Positions 41,312 to 52,706 of a stretch of DNA of 64,000 bases are shown in pieces (position 1 is the first letter of the stretch; every line of letters starts with the position of its first letter). The position numbers were made by a program, and so were the translations under genes. The DNA lies in assembly GCA_963662285.2 (NCBI GenBank), contig CAXXMV010000001.1:160001-224000 (forward strand). The letters are read 5' to 3'. The stretch comes from a bacterium. Lineage in GTDB: Bacteria > Hinthialibacterota > Hinthialibacteria > Hinthialibacterales > Hinthialibacteraceae. The notes beneath the pieces are model-generated. The model was given only the letters and a program-made list of their open reading frames with translations, had not been told where the DNA came from and made no database searches.

Positions 41312-42571
41312 TCAAAAATCTGTTTTGATACGGTAAGTGACTTCACCATTTTCATTGGAAATGCTACCGCCGTTTTCAAGAATCGCAATCTCTGCTATTG
41401 CTACTAATCGGTTAACTATATCCGAAATTTTGTTGAAATTTGGAAGGTTATCCCTTGAATAATTAATGTAGGTATCGTTGAAAGGCTTTTCCCATTTTCC
41501 ACGAGAAGGTAGTTCTTTGGTAAATTTATCTGGAATTGAAGTTCCACCATTAATGACACCGAGTAATCCTCCAAATGTCGCCGCCTGGTTGTCGCAGTCA
41601 TAACCGGATGTGGTGGCAATTCCAACAGTCTTGGTAAAATCTCCATCACCATATAAGAGCGCCATGACGCCATTCAATCCATTGATCACGGCACCACCGA
41701 CCGGATAGGGAATTTTAAAACCACCCACTTCATTGAAGTATTTATCATGAATTAACTGCCTTGTCACTTTCCAGTCGTCATTCTCCTTTGACCATTTCAC
41801 TAAATCTTTAAATGCTGTCAAGTATGGACTGTCATCAGGTAATTTACTCATACCTATTTTGAGCAATTTGTATGGATTTTTTTCAAAGAATGCAGCGCTG
41901 TACATCGTGACGATTACTTTCGTACCATGCGTCCCCCAACTGTCATTGTTGATTCTGGCACCCCATTCAGCTCGTTCGGCTGCTTTGTCGGTCATACCCG
42001 GATAAACAGCTCCCCAGATCTCGTTAGTGAGTTGAGATGAAATACGATACCAGTAATCATTGAATTCTTTGCTCCCGGTTTTTGGCGGTAAATATCCTTG
42101 GTTAATCAAATCTCTCACTCGGGCATTAGACGACCAGATGAACCTTTTAACATGTTCTTTTCGCATCGCGGCAATTTCTTCATAATTTAAGTCAAGCCCA
42201 TATTTTTCAATAGCGTGAAGGGTTACAAATTCAATATCCGTGTCATCATCGCTCCAGGAGCCGCCCATCGCATCGGCCATGATGTTGACAAAACTTCGCC
42301 GGTCGTTGAGGTTCATCTTTAAACCAAGGCTTTCAGCGTCTTTGTAATTGAAATAATGGTCAATAAAAACGGGGATGGGTTCATCGGTGTAGAGGTTTTC
42401 AAAAGGAAATCCAACGTAATTTCCTGCGAGTTGCCCTATCCAGTAGCCATGTATTTTATCAGTAAGTTCAGCCTTTGAAATAGTCCGATAATTCTGTGAA
42501 AAAGAGAAATTATCAGCCATGAAACAAACGAAAAAAGCAAGGATTAGTAATTTTAAAAAAGAAATTTTCAT
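41312..42571 (-). CDS. Secreted ADP-ribosylglycohydrolase-family protein
   Basis: Signal peptide, SDDDTDIE, ALLYGDGDF, GYDCDNQAATFGGLLG. Confidence 0.82.
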   Translation of the reverse strand: MKISFLKLLILAFFVCFMADNFSFSQNYRTISKAELTDKIHGYWIGQLAGNYVGFPFENLYTDEPIPVFIDHYFNYKDAESLGLKMNLNDRRSFVNIMADAMGGSWSDDDTDIEFVTLHAIEKYGLDLNYEEIAAMRKEHVKRFIWSSNARVRDLINQGYLPPKTGSKEFNDYWYRISSQLTNEIWGAVYPGMTDKAAERAEWGARINNDSWGTHGTKVIVTMYSAAFFEKNPYKLLKIGMSKLPDDSPYLTAFKDLVKWSKENDDWKVTRQLIHDKYFNEVGGFKIPYPVGGAVINGLNGVMALLYGDGDFTKTVGIATTSGYDCDNQAATFGGLLGVINGGTSIPDKFTKELPSRGKWEKPFNDTYINYSRDNLPNFNKISDIVNRLVAIAEIAILENGGSISNENGEVTYRIKTDF

Positions 42572-42840
42572 GATTGCATACTTTCAATAGTATTTGATAT
42601 TATTGGATTTGTAGAATCTCCAGTAAACACGCTCTGTTAAAAAGGATTTCTATTCAACAGCGTCCTTGATTTTTATGTAAAATTACCCTGATAGACAGGA
42701 ATAATTTTTACTTTCACCCATTCATTTGATCAATTTATCAAATAATTGAATCATGAACAAGGTGGTGCAGAGAGTGAGAGGTAACTGTGTTTTGTAGGAT
42801 TTATGATAAAAACTAATAATCCAACTTTACACAAAAAATC

Positions 42841-43440
42841 GTAAGCATTTAGCGGAGTGAAGAGAAAGGAGGGAGCGAACCAGAGAAAAGCGAGTCATGA
42901 TGGGCGGAGAAAAGAGTGTCAACGGGGTTGAGATCCCGCCTTTTGAGTGTGCGGAAGATGGACATCAAAATGGCCTGAGTGTGGGCTCCGGTCATGCTAC
43001 GGTTGCCTTGAATTACTTTGCGCATGATGACCGCAGGCCGGATTTCCCGCTCGGCATGGTTGTTCGTCGGTGGAACGTTGGGATATTCCAGAAAGGTCAA
43101 CAATTCGTCCCAATATTTTTGCAAGCGCTTGGTCAGCCGTTGAACATCGCCATCGTTCGATGGAATCAACATAAGATCAACCAAGCGCTCATAGAGCCGT
43201 TCGATCCGGGATGTATAAGTGTCCGGTGAGAAATCATCCCGCTGGCGTAAGCGTTAGGCGTCTTTGAACAAACGTTTGGTTTTCTTGGAAAAGGTGGGCC
43301 ACTCCGCTGACGAGTTGGAAACATCGACCTTCTCGAACTCGCGCAACAGATCGACCAGACAGAATTGCCGTTTTCCATTGGCGATGGAATCGTAAGCGGC
43401 CCAAAAATCGGTGACCAAGCCGCCTTCGCTGATCGGGAAA
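42841..43440 (-). pseudogene. IS66-family transposase remnant (3' part and one end)
   Basis: GTAAGCATTTAG end at 42841; frameshifted fragments LVTDFWAAY, QFCLVDLLRE and PTNNHAEREIRP, paralogous to 23591-25039. Confidence 0.85.
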
Positions 43441-43446
43441 TGAAGA

Positions 43447-44322
43447 TGGGAGTGGAAGGATGGCGATACAGTTGATGTGAACTTACCCATGCGCACACAC
43501 GTTGAACGTCTACCTGACGGTTCTGATTGGGTGGCTATTCTAAATGGCCCGATTGTACTCGCCAAGCCTGACGGGACAGATCAATTGGAGGGGTTGTTTG
43601 CTGACGAAGGCCGAATGGCGCACGTTGCCAATGGCCCGACGAGACCACTCGATAAAGTTCCGGCCTTACTGACCAATGAAAAGGAACTTCTCAATCATAT
43701 CGTTCCCGATCTGGCTGCCGGATCGCTTCACTTCCGTATTAAAGATGTGATCGAGCCACCTGAATCAGAGGGCTTACCTTTAATACCGTTCTTCAGAATA
43801 CATGAATGTCGCTACCATATGTACTGGGAACTCACCAGTATTGAAAAGATCAAGGCCCGCAAAGAAAAAATCGCCGCTCAGGAACGTGCCCGCGCCGCAC
43901 TCGAAGCAGCTACACTCGACGCTGTCGCTGTGGGAGAACAGCAACCCGAAGTGGAGCATGACCTGAAAGGCGAAGGAATGGAGTCGGGAACTCATAATGG
44001 TCGACGCTGGCGGCATGGAGACTGGATTCAATACACCCTCAACACACAAGGTGTGAAGGAAGTCACTTTAGCCGTAACCTACTCCGGTGACGACCGGGGC
44101 CGGGAATTCGATATCTTGGTTAACGGAACGGCAATCGCTACACAGAAACTGACCGGGGAAAAACCAAACAGTTTTATTGAAAAGCGGTATGCGATTCCCT
44201 CTGAGATCCTTGAAAAGGCAAGCACTGGCCGACTAACGGTTCGGTTTTCTGTAAAACGGTGGCTCGCTGGAGGGTTGTATGATGTGCGTCTGCTCAAGCC
44301 AGGCGCTCCGGAAACAAAGTAG
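43447..44322 (+). pseudogene. C-terminal fragment of a GH127/GH146-like beta-L-arabinofuranosidase
   Basis: EWKDGDTVDVNLPM...NGPIVLA, LIPFFRIHECRY, GEQQPEVEH; N-terminal catalytic part missing at the IS66 junction. Confidence 0.75.
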
Positions 44323-44362
44323 TATTTTCTTAAATCATCAAAATAAACCATAGGAGATCGCT

Positions 44363-45241
44363 ATGGTTCAGAAAATTAAAGCCGCTTTACTAGTACTGAT
44401 AGCCTTACCCCTGTTCATTGTTAGTGTGTTCGGCGATCCCGATCCGAATTTTTATATTTTCCTTTGTTTCGGTCAATCCAATATGGAGAGTGGAGGAAAA
44501 ATGGAAGAGGTGGACCGAACCGTCGATTCGCGTTTTCAGGTCATGGCTGATTTTGACAATCCAGAACGCGGGTGGAAAAAGAATAACTGGTATGATGCGA
44601 TCCCGCCTTTATCTGCACGAGGCAAGGGGATTTGTCTGGTCGATTACTTCGGGAGAACGTTGGTCGCCAACCTGCCGGAGAAGTTTCGCCTGGGGATCAT
44701 TTAAGTCACTGTCCCAGGTTGCAAAATCGAACTGTTCGAGAAAGATACGTTCATGACGTACCTTGATACAGAGCGGGACTGGATGAAGAACATTGTCAAG
44801 AACTACAACAATAATCCCTATCAATATCTTCTCGATATGGCCAAAGCGGCGCAGAAGGATGGTGTGATCAAGGGAATCCTGCTCCATCAAGGGGAGTCTA
44901 ATCCCAACGACAATCAATGGCCGAACAAAGTGAAAGGCGTTTACGACAATCTGATCAACGATCTTCATCTCAAGGCTGATGATGTTCCGTTGCTGGCGGG
45001 TGAAACCGTGAACGCCGATCAGGGAGGCGTTTGTGCAGGTTTCAACAAAATTATGGCGAAGTTACCCACGGTTCTTCCCAATTCTTATGTCGTATCTTCA
45101 GCGGGTTGCACATGCCATCCAGACCATTTGCATTTCAATTCAGCAGGATCAAGAATGTTTGATAAGAGATATGGAAAAACTATGCTATCGTTGCTCGCAA
45201 GCAAGACTCCCGATTCAAGCCAGCCTGTCCCATCAATATGA
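44363..45241 (+). pseudogene. CE6/SASA-type acetylxylan esterase with internal nonsense codon
   Basis: FGQSNME, HQGES and DHLHF in one frame, interrupted by TAA at 44702-44704. Confidence 0.85.
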
Positions 45242-45366
45242 TTAAGAGATTTCTCGTGAGTAAGTCGAAGACTTATTCAAAAGACTTTATGCAAACATCA
45301 TCTCCAATTAATAAAGATATGTTCAGATAACTGACTCAAATTTCTATTTATAGGTTTTTAAGGGAA

Positions 45367-45391
45367 CCCTCAGCTCATTGAGCTGATGCTC
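45367..45391. repeat. tRNA-anticodon-stem mimic palindrome 3
   Basis: CCCTCAGC-TCATTGA-GCTGATGCTC; CAGC starts 198 bp before the att fragment at 45569. Confidence 0.65.
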
Positions 45392-45495
45392 CCCCTCATG
45401 ATAAAAAAGGGCTTTTTCGTAACTTAATATTTTTAAGGGGATTACGAAATTGAGTATTTCAATCAAATGCCGGAAAATTGCCGATATTTTTTTAA

Positions 45496-45516
45496 AAGGG
45501 TTCCTGAAAGGGTTCC
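45496..45516. repeat. Putative integrase arm-type direct repeats
   Basis: AAGGGTTCC twice, 12 bp apart; positionally equivalent AAGAGTGG/AAGGGTGG pair at 23017-23036. Confidence 0.6.
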
Positions 45517-45568
45517 CAGGGCAGATTCTGTTAAAATAAAAATTTTCGTAAGTCCAATAAAATCAGTA

Positions 45569-45611
45569 AGCGGGAGACGGGGTTCGAACCCGCGACCCTC
45601 AGCTTGGGAAT
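45569..45611 (-). repeat. att site: 3' half of tRNA-Gly(CCC)
   Basis: Identical to 23091-23133; about 200 bp from the tyrosine integrase gene. Confidence 0.92.
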
Positions 45612-45763
45612 CTGTTGCTCCTATATAAAAAATTTACTTATCTACTTGATTTTTCAATACTTTTTTATTATAATAACGTATTGAATATACTAGGTATAAA
45701 AAATTAATAACTACCTGTATTTTCTAGTTTTTTCTCTTGGTTTCTTATGTGTTCCTGTGGTCT

Positions 45764-45811
45764 AAACATGACAAAAACATGACAAGGAGGCCATCAGCTT
45801 GAAGCTGATGG
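45764..45811. promoter_or_regulatory. Tandem 11-bp repeat and anticodon-stem-like palindrome 4 in the integrase leader
   Basis: AAACATGACAA twice (45764-45785), AAGGAGG, then CCATCAGC-TTGAA-GCTGATGG (45791-45811). Confidence 0.55.
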
Positions 45812-45824
45812 TAATTTGAGAATT

Positions 45825-46946
45825 ATGGTTCGAAAACAATACCCTTATACTCTTAAACAAGAACGTGGATTTGGCTCCTTGAAACAAGAAGGGCCAAAAG
45901 CGAATTTTAGAATTTTTTATACTCAATCGGATGGAAATACGGGGAAAAAATCGACCAAAACAAGTGTTCCAGAAGAAGCCATTGAAATTTTTGATAGATG
46001 GATAAACGAACAAAAAGCGGGGCGTTATGGAATTCATCAACCTCAATTTCGTCCTGTTATCTTAAAAGAAATCGTCCCTAAATATTTAAGTGAAAAGAAA
46101 GAGCGAGTTAGTGAGAGATACTTTAAGTATGAAGAAAGCACATGGAAAAAAATTATCATGCCCTTCTTTGGTGACGATTCTCTAATAGGAAGCATTTCAG
46201 AAGAATGCATTGAAGAATATCTCCGTACTCGAAAAGAAAAAGGCTTATCGGCTTCAGCAATAAACCATGAGTTGCAATGGATTGACCTATTATTTAAATA
46301 TGCCATCCGAAAAAAGTGGTTACCGGATTATCTAAAACCAACGGTTCGGAAACTACCTTTAAAGAAGACTCTTCCAAATGTACTCAAATCCCCTAAGGAT
46401 TTTATCACTTTACTCGAAGCAGCAAAAAACCAATCAACTCACATGTATTATTTAATTTCATTTGCTCTTTATACGGGAATGCGAGCCGGAGAAATTTTGA
46501 AACTTGATTGGGAAGATATTGATCTAAGTAATGCTTCTCTTATAGTACGCGATCCAAAAAACAAGCACGACCGCATTGTATACTTAACCAAAACACTTTG
46601 TTCTATCTTAGAAGAAACCACTACAGGGAAACGAACAGGCCCTATCATTAAGAATCCACAAACCGGAAATCGTTTACAAGAATATAAAAAAGCATGGAAA
46701 ACTATACGAGAAAAAGCAGGTATCCCAACAACCGGGTCCAATCGAATCCGCTTTCACGATCTGCGTCACTCCTTTGCTACAATTAATCACGCTAACGGAG
46801 TCGATATAAAAATCATCAAAGATCTCATCGGCCACAAGAAAATAGACTCAACGTTAATTTATACACACCTTGTTGATCAGGTTCAAAAAGATGCTATAGA
46901 AAAAATGGATGAGATTATAAGTGACCGGGATCAAAGAAAAACTTAA
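45825..46946 (+). CDS. Tyrosine recombinase/integrase
   Basis: ALYTGMRAGE, PKNKHDR, FHDLRHSFAT, LIGHKKIDSTLIY (R-K-HxxR-H-Y); start ATG 45825 or TTG 45816. Confidence 0.95.
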   Translation: MVRKQYPYTLKQERGFGSLKQEGPKANFRIFYTQSDGNTGKKSTKTSVPEEAIEIFDRWINEQKAGRYGIHQPQFRPVILKEIVPKYLSEKKERVSERYFKYEESTWKKIIMPFFGDDSLIGSISEECIEEYLRTRKEKGLSASAINHELQWIDLLFKYAIRKKWLPDYLKPTVRKLPLKKTLPNVLKSPKDFITLLEAAKNQSTHMYYLISFALYTGMRAGEILKLDWEDIDLSNASLIVRDPKNKHDRIVYLTKTLCSILEETTTGKRTGPIIKNPQTGNRLQEYKKAWKTIREKAGIPTTGSNRIRFHDLRHSFATINHANGVDIKIIKDLIGHKKIDSTLIYTHLVDQVQKDAIEKMDEIISDRDQRKT

Positions 46947-46954
46947 GATGTATT

Positions 46955-47146
46955 TTATTTTTGCGGAATTTCTTGTGAATTTATTACCCAGTTTTCAATA
47001 TCTGATAATTTGAATCGAATATATTTACCACTATTTCCTCCGATTTTGATGAAGGGAATCCGTTTTGCATGCGTTAGTTTATATATATACGATTTAGGGA
47101 CCTGGAGATATTCTGCTACTTGATCAACAGTCATTAAGGTTTCCAT
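46955..47146 (-). CDS. Excisionase-like HTH_17 DNA-binding protein
   Basis: LMTVDQVAEYLQVPKSYIYKL...IPFIKIG...IRF...DIENW. Confidence 0.9.
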   Translation of the reverse strand: METLMTVDQVAEYLQVPKSYIYKLTHAKRIPFIKIGGNSGKYIRFKLSDIENWVINSQEIPQK

Positions 47147-47229
47147 TTTTATTTCCCAATCCTTTACATCTATTCCGTTTCGCATCAGGATTGGCGAGAA
47201 AACCTCACCAATCCTCATTCGGACCGGAA

Positions 47230-47496
47230 CTAGGATCGATTGGATGGAGTACCGCGTCCTTTAGATTTCGGATTTAACTTCGCAAACATGTAAAGATCGT
47301 CTTTGGACGTTGAACTTATTCCATACAGAGCAAGCAAACTCTCAGGAAGTTCGCTTCCAGGTATTTGGATTAAGGATTGGATCTCCTTCCCAATCTTTTT
47401 GAAGACATCACCGATGGGATTTCTTTCATAGTGGATTTGCCCCTGTTCACTTTGTACTTTTTTCGAAACGCCGACAAAAACCATAGTCTCATCCAT
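47230..47496 (-). CDS. Hypothetical protein
   Basis: ORF with AAGGA RBS, co-oriented in the operon. Confidence 0.5.
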   Translation of the reverse strand: MDETMVFVGVSKKVQSEQGQIHYERNPIGDVFKKIGKEIQSLIQIPGSELPESLLALYGISSTSKDDLYMFAKLNPKSKGRGTPSNRS

Positions 47497-47619
47497 TATC
47501 AGATTCCTTTCTTTAAATGAAATTATTTGATGAATACAAACTGAATTCTGATTTTTACTACTGAAAAGGTCTTTAATCTTTTGATTGATTGTTTTTGACT
47601 GTTGCTGAAACATCGCCTT

Positions 47620-48003
47620 CTAATCTTTTTGCATGGTATAGCGAGGATCGTTATGGGAATAAACATTTACAACATTGGCAAAAACACGATCATCGGACTC
47701 TCTGTGTCTGATCTGAATGAAACAATGCGCTCCTATAATACCTTCGAAATCAAGGTTTTTCCCAAGTTCGAAATCTTGATTCGTAAGTTTTAGAGCCCAT
47801 CGAACCAAACGAGAGGAACGATTCATTTCTACTTTACACATCCCATTAACATAAGGATTTTGAAGGTCTTTTTGTAAAATGCGAAAATCGTATTGGGCGT
47901 AATCATTAATGATTGACATTCCAATACATTCTGCTGGATAGACGCCTTCTGGAACAAGTTTGTCTTCTTGCATGATAATGGTTGGGAATTCACTATTTTC
48001 CAT
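47620..48003 (-). CDS. Putative phage-type ssDNA-binding/replication protein (DUF669-like)
   Basis: VPEGVYPAECIG...IIGAHCFIQIRH...FANVVNV pattern; AAGGAG RBS. Confidence 0.55.
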   Translation of the reverse strand: MENSEFPTIIMQEDKLVPEGVYPAECIGMSIINDYAQYDFRILQKDLQNPYVNGMCKVEMNRSSRLVRWALKLTNQDFELGKNLDFEGIIGAHCFIQIRHRESDDRVFANVVNVYSHNDPRYTMQKD

Positions 48004-48030
48004 GATTTTGTCTCCTTAATTTAAATTGTT

Positions 48031-48546
48031 TTACCATTCATTACGGATATGATTTTTAATGTAAGGCGGGAACTCATTCATGACTGGAGATTGCAAAAGT
48101 GTTGGTGATTTAGATCTGGCAAGCCCAATCCATTTATTAAAATCGAATGGACGTTCCAAAAGATAAGATAAAACAATTAAATATGCGTAAGCTTGTTCTC
48201 GTTCGAATTCAGATAATAAATCATGCTGGAGGTTCGATAAAACAGTAATGGATTCCTCATAATTTCCTTGATGATAGGATCGAATCCCTGATTGCATTTT
48301 TAATCTGGATATTTTTAACATGTAAGAATTATTACGAGTGTTGCTATTTGATGGACTGACCGGAACCACGACAGGAAAAGACCTTGATATGGAGGAAATA
48401 GTAGATACTCGGTTCCATGATGATTTTGTTGAACTGGTTCTACATCCACTTGAGAGGATTAACAAAACCAAAAGCGTTCCTGCCATAAGAAAACGAAATC
48501 CCGCCGGAATGGAAATTGCTTTTTTATTGCGTTCCAAGTGATTCAT
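48031..48546 (-). CDS. Lipoprotein with TPR-like helices
   Basis: Lipobox LSSGC, Ser-rich linker, GIRSYHQGNYEESI...AYAYL. Confidence 0.7.
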   Translation of the reverse strand: MNHLERNKKAISIPAGFRFLMAGTLLVLLILSSGCRTSSTKSSWNRVSTISSISRSFPVVVPVSPSNSNTRNNSYMLKISRLKMQSGIRSYHQGNYEESITVLSNLQHDLLSEFEREQAYAYLIVLSYLLERPFDFNKWIGLARSKSPTLLQSPVMNEFPPYIKNHIRNEW

Positions 48547-49403
48547 TTTTTCACCTCAATGATTTGAAATGTTCCTAAAGATAGGTTGACAATGATTCGT
48601 AGATTCTGTTGATCCAAAAGGAGAAAATCACGTTGCATGGGTCTATAGCCTTCTTTTTGAATTGAAAAGTGATGTTTTCCTTCTGATAACGTGAATCTTC
48701 GTGTTGGTACTTCTTGGCTTATTTCTAAAACACCATTAGCGTCTCGAATTGTGAACGAAGCCCAGGGATCACTATGAACCTGCAAAAAGCCAAATCCTTG
48801 TTGATGTGAAGTCCCTTCACTAGGAGTTACAGGAGAGGGAGTTTTGAAGTATTTTTTTTGGGGATTTTGGGAATTATTTTCTTTTTGTGTGTTTGGTTGA
48901 TTTGAATGAGGTAACGAAGCATACAAAAACAAAACCGTTATTCCAAGAAAAGTAGTCAAGGAAATGATATGTAGCAATTTGATTAATTTGAAATTAACAC
49001 TTTTTCTAAATTCCTGAAACCACTTCTTGTAAGAATGAAAATTGAACCTGCGCTTATAATTTTGTATCAGTTCAACGAATTCTTTGAAATCTTTCTTTAA
49101 TTGATTCCAGGAAAAGTTCTTGTCACCTGAATTGCTTTGATAAATTTGATCCCAATTTTTTTTAACAACATCGAGATTTTCCTTAATTTTCGTGTAAGCC
49201 ATTTTCAAGGCATTTATCTCGACTCTTGATGATATTTCATGCAGTTTACGATGAAACGCGCTATCTAAATGCTCTGGAGTCAAAGGCGATGCATCGACAT
49301 CAATGTTCAACGTATCCAAATATTGGCGTAATTGGATGAATTGTTTTTTCATAATCGCCTGCCCATAATACAGGAATGGGTCAGATACGGTGAACGGATT
49401 CAC
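48543..49403 (-). CDS. Membrane protein: degenerate J-like domain, TM helix and PEGA-like domain
   Basis: YLDTLNIDVDAS...LDSAFHRKL...ALKMAYTKI (J-like, no HPD); one TM; GFLQVHSDPWA...LSEGKHHFSIQKEGY. Confidence 0.6.
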   Translation of the reverse strand: MNPFTVSDPFLYYGQAIMKKQFIQLRQYLDTLNIDVDASPLTPEHLDSAFHRKLHEISSRVEINALKMAYTKIKENLDVVKKNWDQIYQSNSGDKNFSWNQLKKDFKEFVELIQNYKRRFNFHSYKKWFQEFRKSVNFKLIKLLHIISLTTFLGITVLFLYASLPHSNQPNTQKENNSQNPQKKYFKTPSPVTPSEGTSHQQGFGFLQVHSDPWASFTIRDANGVLEISQEVPTRRFTLSEGKHHFSIQKEGYRPMQRDFLLLDQQNLRIIVNLSLGTFQIIEVKK

Positions 49404-50376
49404 CGTATCTCATCCAGGCCGGTATTATCATTGGCGGAAATCAATATTTTCAATTTTATGAGTTAGGATTTCGACTTTGCCAGTAGCAAGATCTTTGACT
49501 TCGACAGTTAAAAGAGCGTCGTTATCAATATTGGCTTGAAGTTCAACCTGCGGAGTAGCGTTTTTTTCGAGAGGTTTCAAGTTAATTGTTGCTTGTAAAA
49601 GGATGGCATCTACATTTTCCTCAATAAATTTAGATTTAGGCTCAGAACTGGTAATGGTTATTTTTACTTGTTGCTGTCCTGGACTTTCCGTTCGATATTG
49701 TCCGATTTGTTTATGAGTAGGAATCGGCGTATTTCGAAGGAGAATTGGATCGTTTAACATATCACCGGAATATATATCTTTAATAACAACGCAAATGTCC
49801 CAGGGAAGTACATTATCAATTTTGGGTTTAGGAAGACACTTTTCTGTTCCTTCCGGTTTGATCGTCTCCTCCTCACGCCACAAGCAAGCCAAAACATTGC
49901 CTAAAGCTACATCATGTTGTGGATAATCACTCATCACAATTTCTGCATGAGGAAACATTTCTGCAATTGAACGAATAAAGAGAGGAATTCGTGATGTTCC
50001 ACCGGTTAAAATTACGGTTGAAATATCCATTGAAGAACATTTTGCATTTTGTACGGTCAAACCAACATCATGAAGAATTTTGTCAACAAGAGATTGGAAT
50101 TTTTCTTCGACCTCACTTAAAGATATATCACAGATTAAAAGATCTTTGCTAGATAAAACCACTTTTGCTTTTTCCATTTCTGTCAATTGATGCTTTGCAT
50201 CTTTAGCCGCATATTTAATTTCCGAATTAAGATGGGGATCTTTGGGTGTTTGACCATTAAATAGTTTTTCGACAATTAATTCACAGATGGCATTATCAAA
50301 GTCGATTCCAGCAATGGAGACAGCATGAGTTGATAGAATTTGAAAATGCTTATTGATGGGATCATGCGATCCAATA

Positions 50377-52607
50377 TCAGACCTCCTGATCTGGTGGAAT
50401 TTCATCCGATACCAGTTTGTAGATTAGTCGCAATTCCGTGCCGGGGTAGATGGTTTCTGTGGCGTTGAGATTCGCTGCTAAGTTGCGGGCGGCTTGATCC
50501 GATAGGTGGTTGGTCAAATGGTGCAACTGCACCGTTAAGGTTTTGTTTTCCTCATCCGGAATGAGATCCGCTTCCGTCGCAAATATTTCCCGGATCAATG
50601 AGCGGGCATCGTCGCTTCGGGCCAATTTTGTTCGCACAATCATCGCCATGGCCGTCTCCGCCCGATAGGCGATCATTTTAATCGCATCGAGAAATTGTTT
50701 GCGCGTCGGAGCGAGTTGCAAAAACCGTTCCGGCTCCGGCAGTTGATTAAGCGGCAAGTGCTTGTCAACCGTTTTACGTTCCTCCTTCATCCCGGCCAGT
50801 TCATGCTCCAACTGCTCGATATCTTCTTTGATTTCCCCCTTTTTTTGTTCAAAGGATAAGATATCTTTCTCCTCCACCTGGGATTCCGTCAGCGCCAAAT
50901 TTCCAAACTCCGCCTTCTTTCTTCCCAATCGTCCCGCTTGTTTTTTTATCCGGCCTTCCAAAGAACGATAGGCGGGATTGACCACTTTCACGGTATCATC
51001 CGGCTTGACGAGATCGTAGTCGATAAGCCGATCAATTCCATAGTGTTGCATCATATAACGGAAAAAGTTTTCCTGTGACCATCGCGAGAACATATGCGCC
51101 GCAATACGGGTGAAATCAGAGGCGTAATCCGTACTGATCACCGAGGTTTGGTGACCGCTTTCTGTGAGTTTCCGGATTTCCCTTACCCACAAAACCCGGC
51201 CCAGGAACACCCCTCGCTCAGCCAATTTCATGCGGGATGAATGGCCGCCGGGCATCTCCACATTGACCTCGGTGAATTCCGCTTCCGGCCAATCTTCTTT
51301 GGGATACTTGTTGTAGGTTTGGCAGGCGATGCGGAGCGTCCGCATCTCCGCGAAGAAGGTTGGGCTGTATCCCTCACGGTCAAAGATCATGACAAACCGA
51401 TGGCAATAAGGATTCGCTTCGAGTTGTTGCGGGCTGGGCTGGTTGGGAACATCCTGCAGCAGTTGCGGCGCGATCTCGCGTTTCAACATATCCAGCAATC
51501 CCGCGGTGAACGGCGTGCTCACCACGAAGAACGGATCGCCCTGCTGATCGTTTACCCAATAGTCGGTCGTGCCCCGCATGCACAAGCGGTCGCGCGCCAC
51601 GTACCGTTTGGGGAGCGGAGTTTGCGAGCCGTGATAGACGCGTACGTGTCCATCGATATACAGAACTCCCGCCGCCTCTGGATTGTTATCCATCCAATGC
51701 CGTGACAAGATGCGGCTCCATTGCGCGACCGATTCGGGCGCCGCCAGGATTTTGATCTTTTCCCGCAAGGTCCGCACTTCGGGGATTCGATCCAATCCCA
51801 GCCATTTGCCCCCTTCTCCCGCCGGAAAATAGCGCAACTGTTCGTTGGTCTTGATCCGGATCAAGGCCATGAAAGCTAACAGCAGGAAAATATGAATGCA
51901 GGAATAATAACCTTTGGGCAGGGAGAACAAGGCTTCTGTTTTGGTCAACAATCCATTGGCCGATAACGCCGGCAGCGCCCAAAGCACGCCGCCATTGCAG
52001 ACGTCCAGCGAGGTCTCGAAACGGGTGGGCGCTTCGCTGAGTTGCCCCGTCGCCGCACAGACCCGCTCCACGACCCGCGTACATCCCATCCCCATGGGAG
52101 CGGCATGATCCGCCGCGCTGCGCTGGCTTTTGTTGCTGCCGTTCAGGTCTTTTTTTTTACCGGTTCGGTCAAGCGGCCTGCGCAGATCGCCTTCGACAAG
52201 GTATTCGATTTTAGATTCATTTGCTTCGCTGCTTCGGAACGGCTCACGCCCTGCGATAAGAGGTCTTGGGTTTTTTGCAACACCTCCGGCGTCAGGACAT
52301 GTTCGCTGCGTCGGCGCTGAGTTTTGAAGAATGCTTCCGGGCCTTCCTCGCGGTATTTCTTGACCCATCGCTTCATACTGATGGCGCTGATGCCAAAGGC
52401 TCTAACGATGTCAACTTGGCGGCAGACTCCACTGACCGCCAACTGGCTGGTGAACATGCGAAAACTTTTAAGGTCGGTTTCCCCATGACTGAAAACCGGT
52501 AATCCGGCATGAAAGTAGTACACCGATCCATCTTTTTTTTGATAGGAAATCAACTCGGATATGAATCCTTCGCCTGATGCGAATAGAGGTAATAAGGTCT
52601 GCGGCAT
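50377..52607 (-). CDS. Transposase encoded as orfA (HTH, 52143-52607) plus orfB (DDE), probably joined by a -1 frameshift
   Basis: A9G run at 52149-52158 (PVKKKT* versus GKKKDLN); LYIDGH, IFDREGY, RWSQENFF. Confidence 0.8.
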
Positions 52608-52706
52608 TTTTTTAACTCCCTCATACTCTGCAGGATTGGCCTTCCCTCCAGTATCCTAACAAAATCCCGCGAGAACCGCAAACCACGGGTGAGCTCAGGA
52701 GGTCTG
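50378..52706 (-). mobile_element. Insertion sequence of unassigned (ISNCY-like) family
   Basis: TIR CAGACCTCCTGA at both ends; 5-bp TSD AATAT at 50373-50377 and 52707-52711. Confidence 0.9.

Noticed and set aside
45825-46946. Integron integrase for the cassette array
   Set aside because: It lies 24 kb away beside a tRNA att site and an excisionase, and shows no IntI-specific insertion
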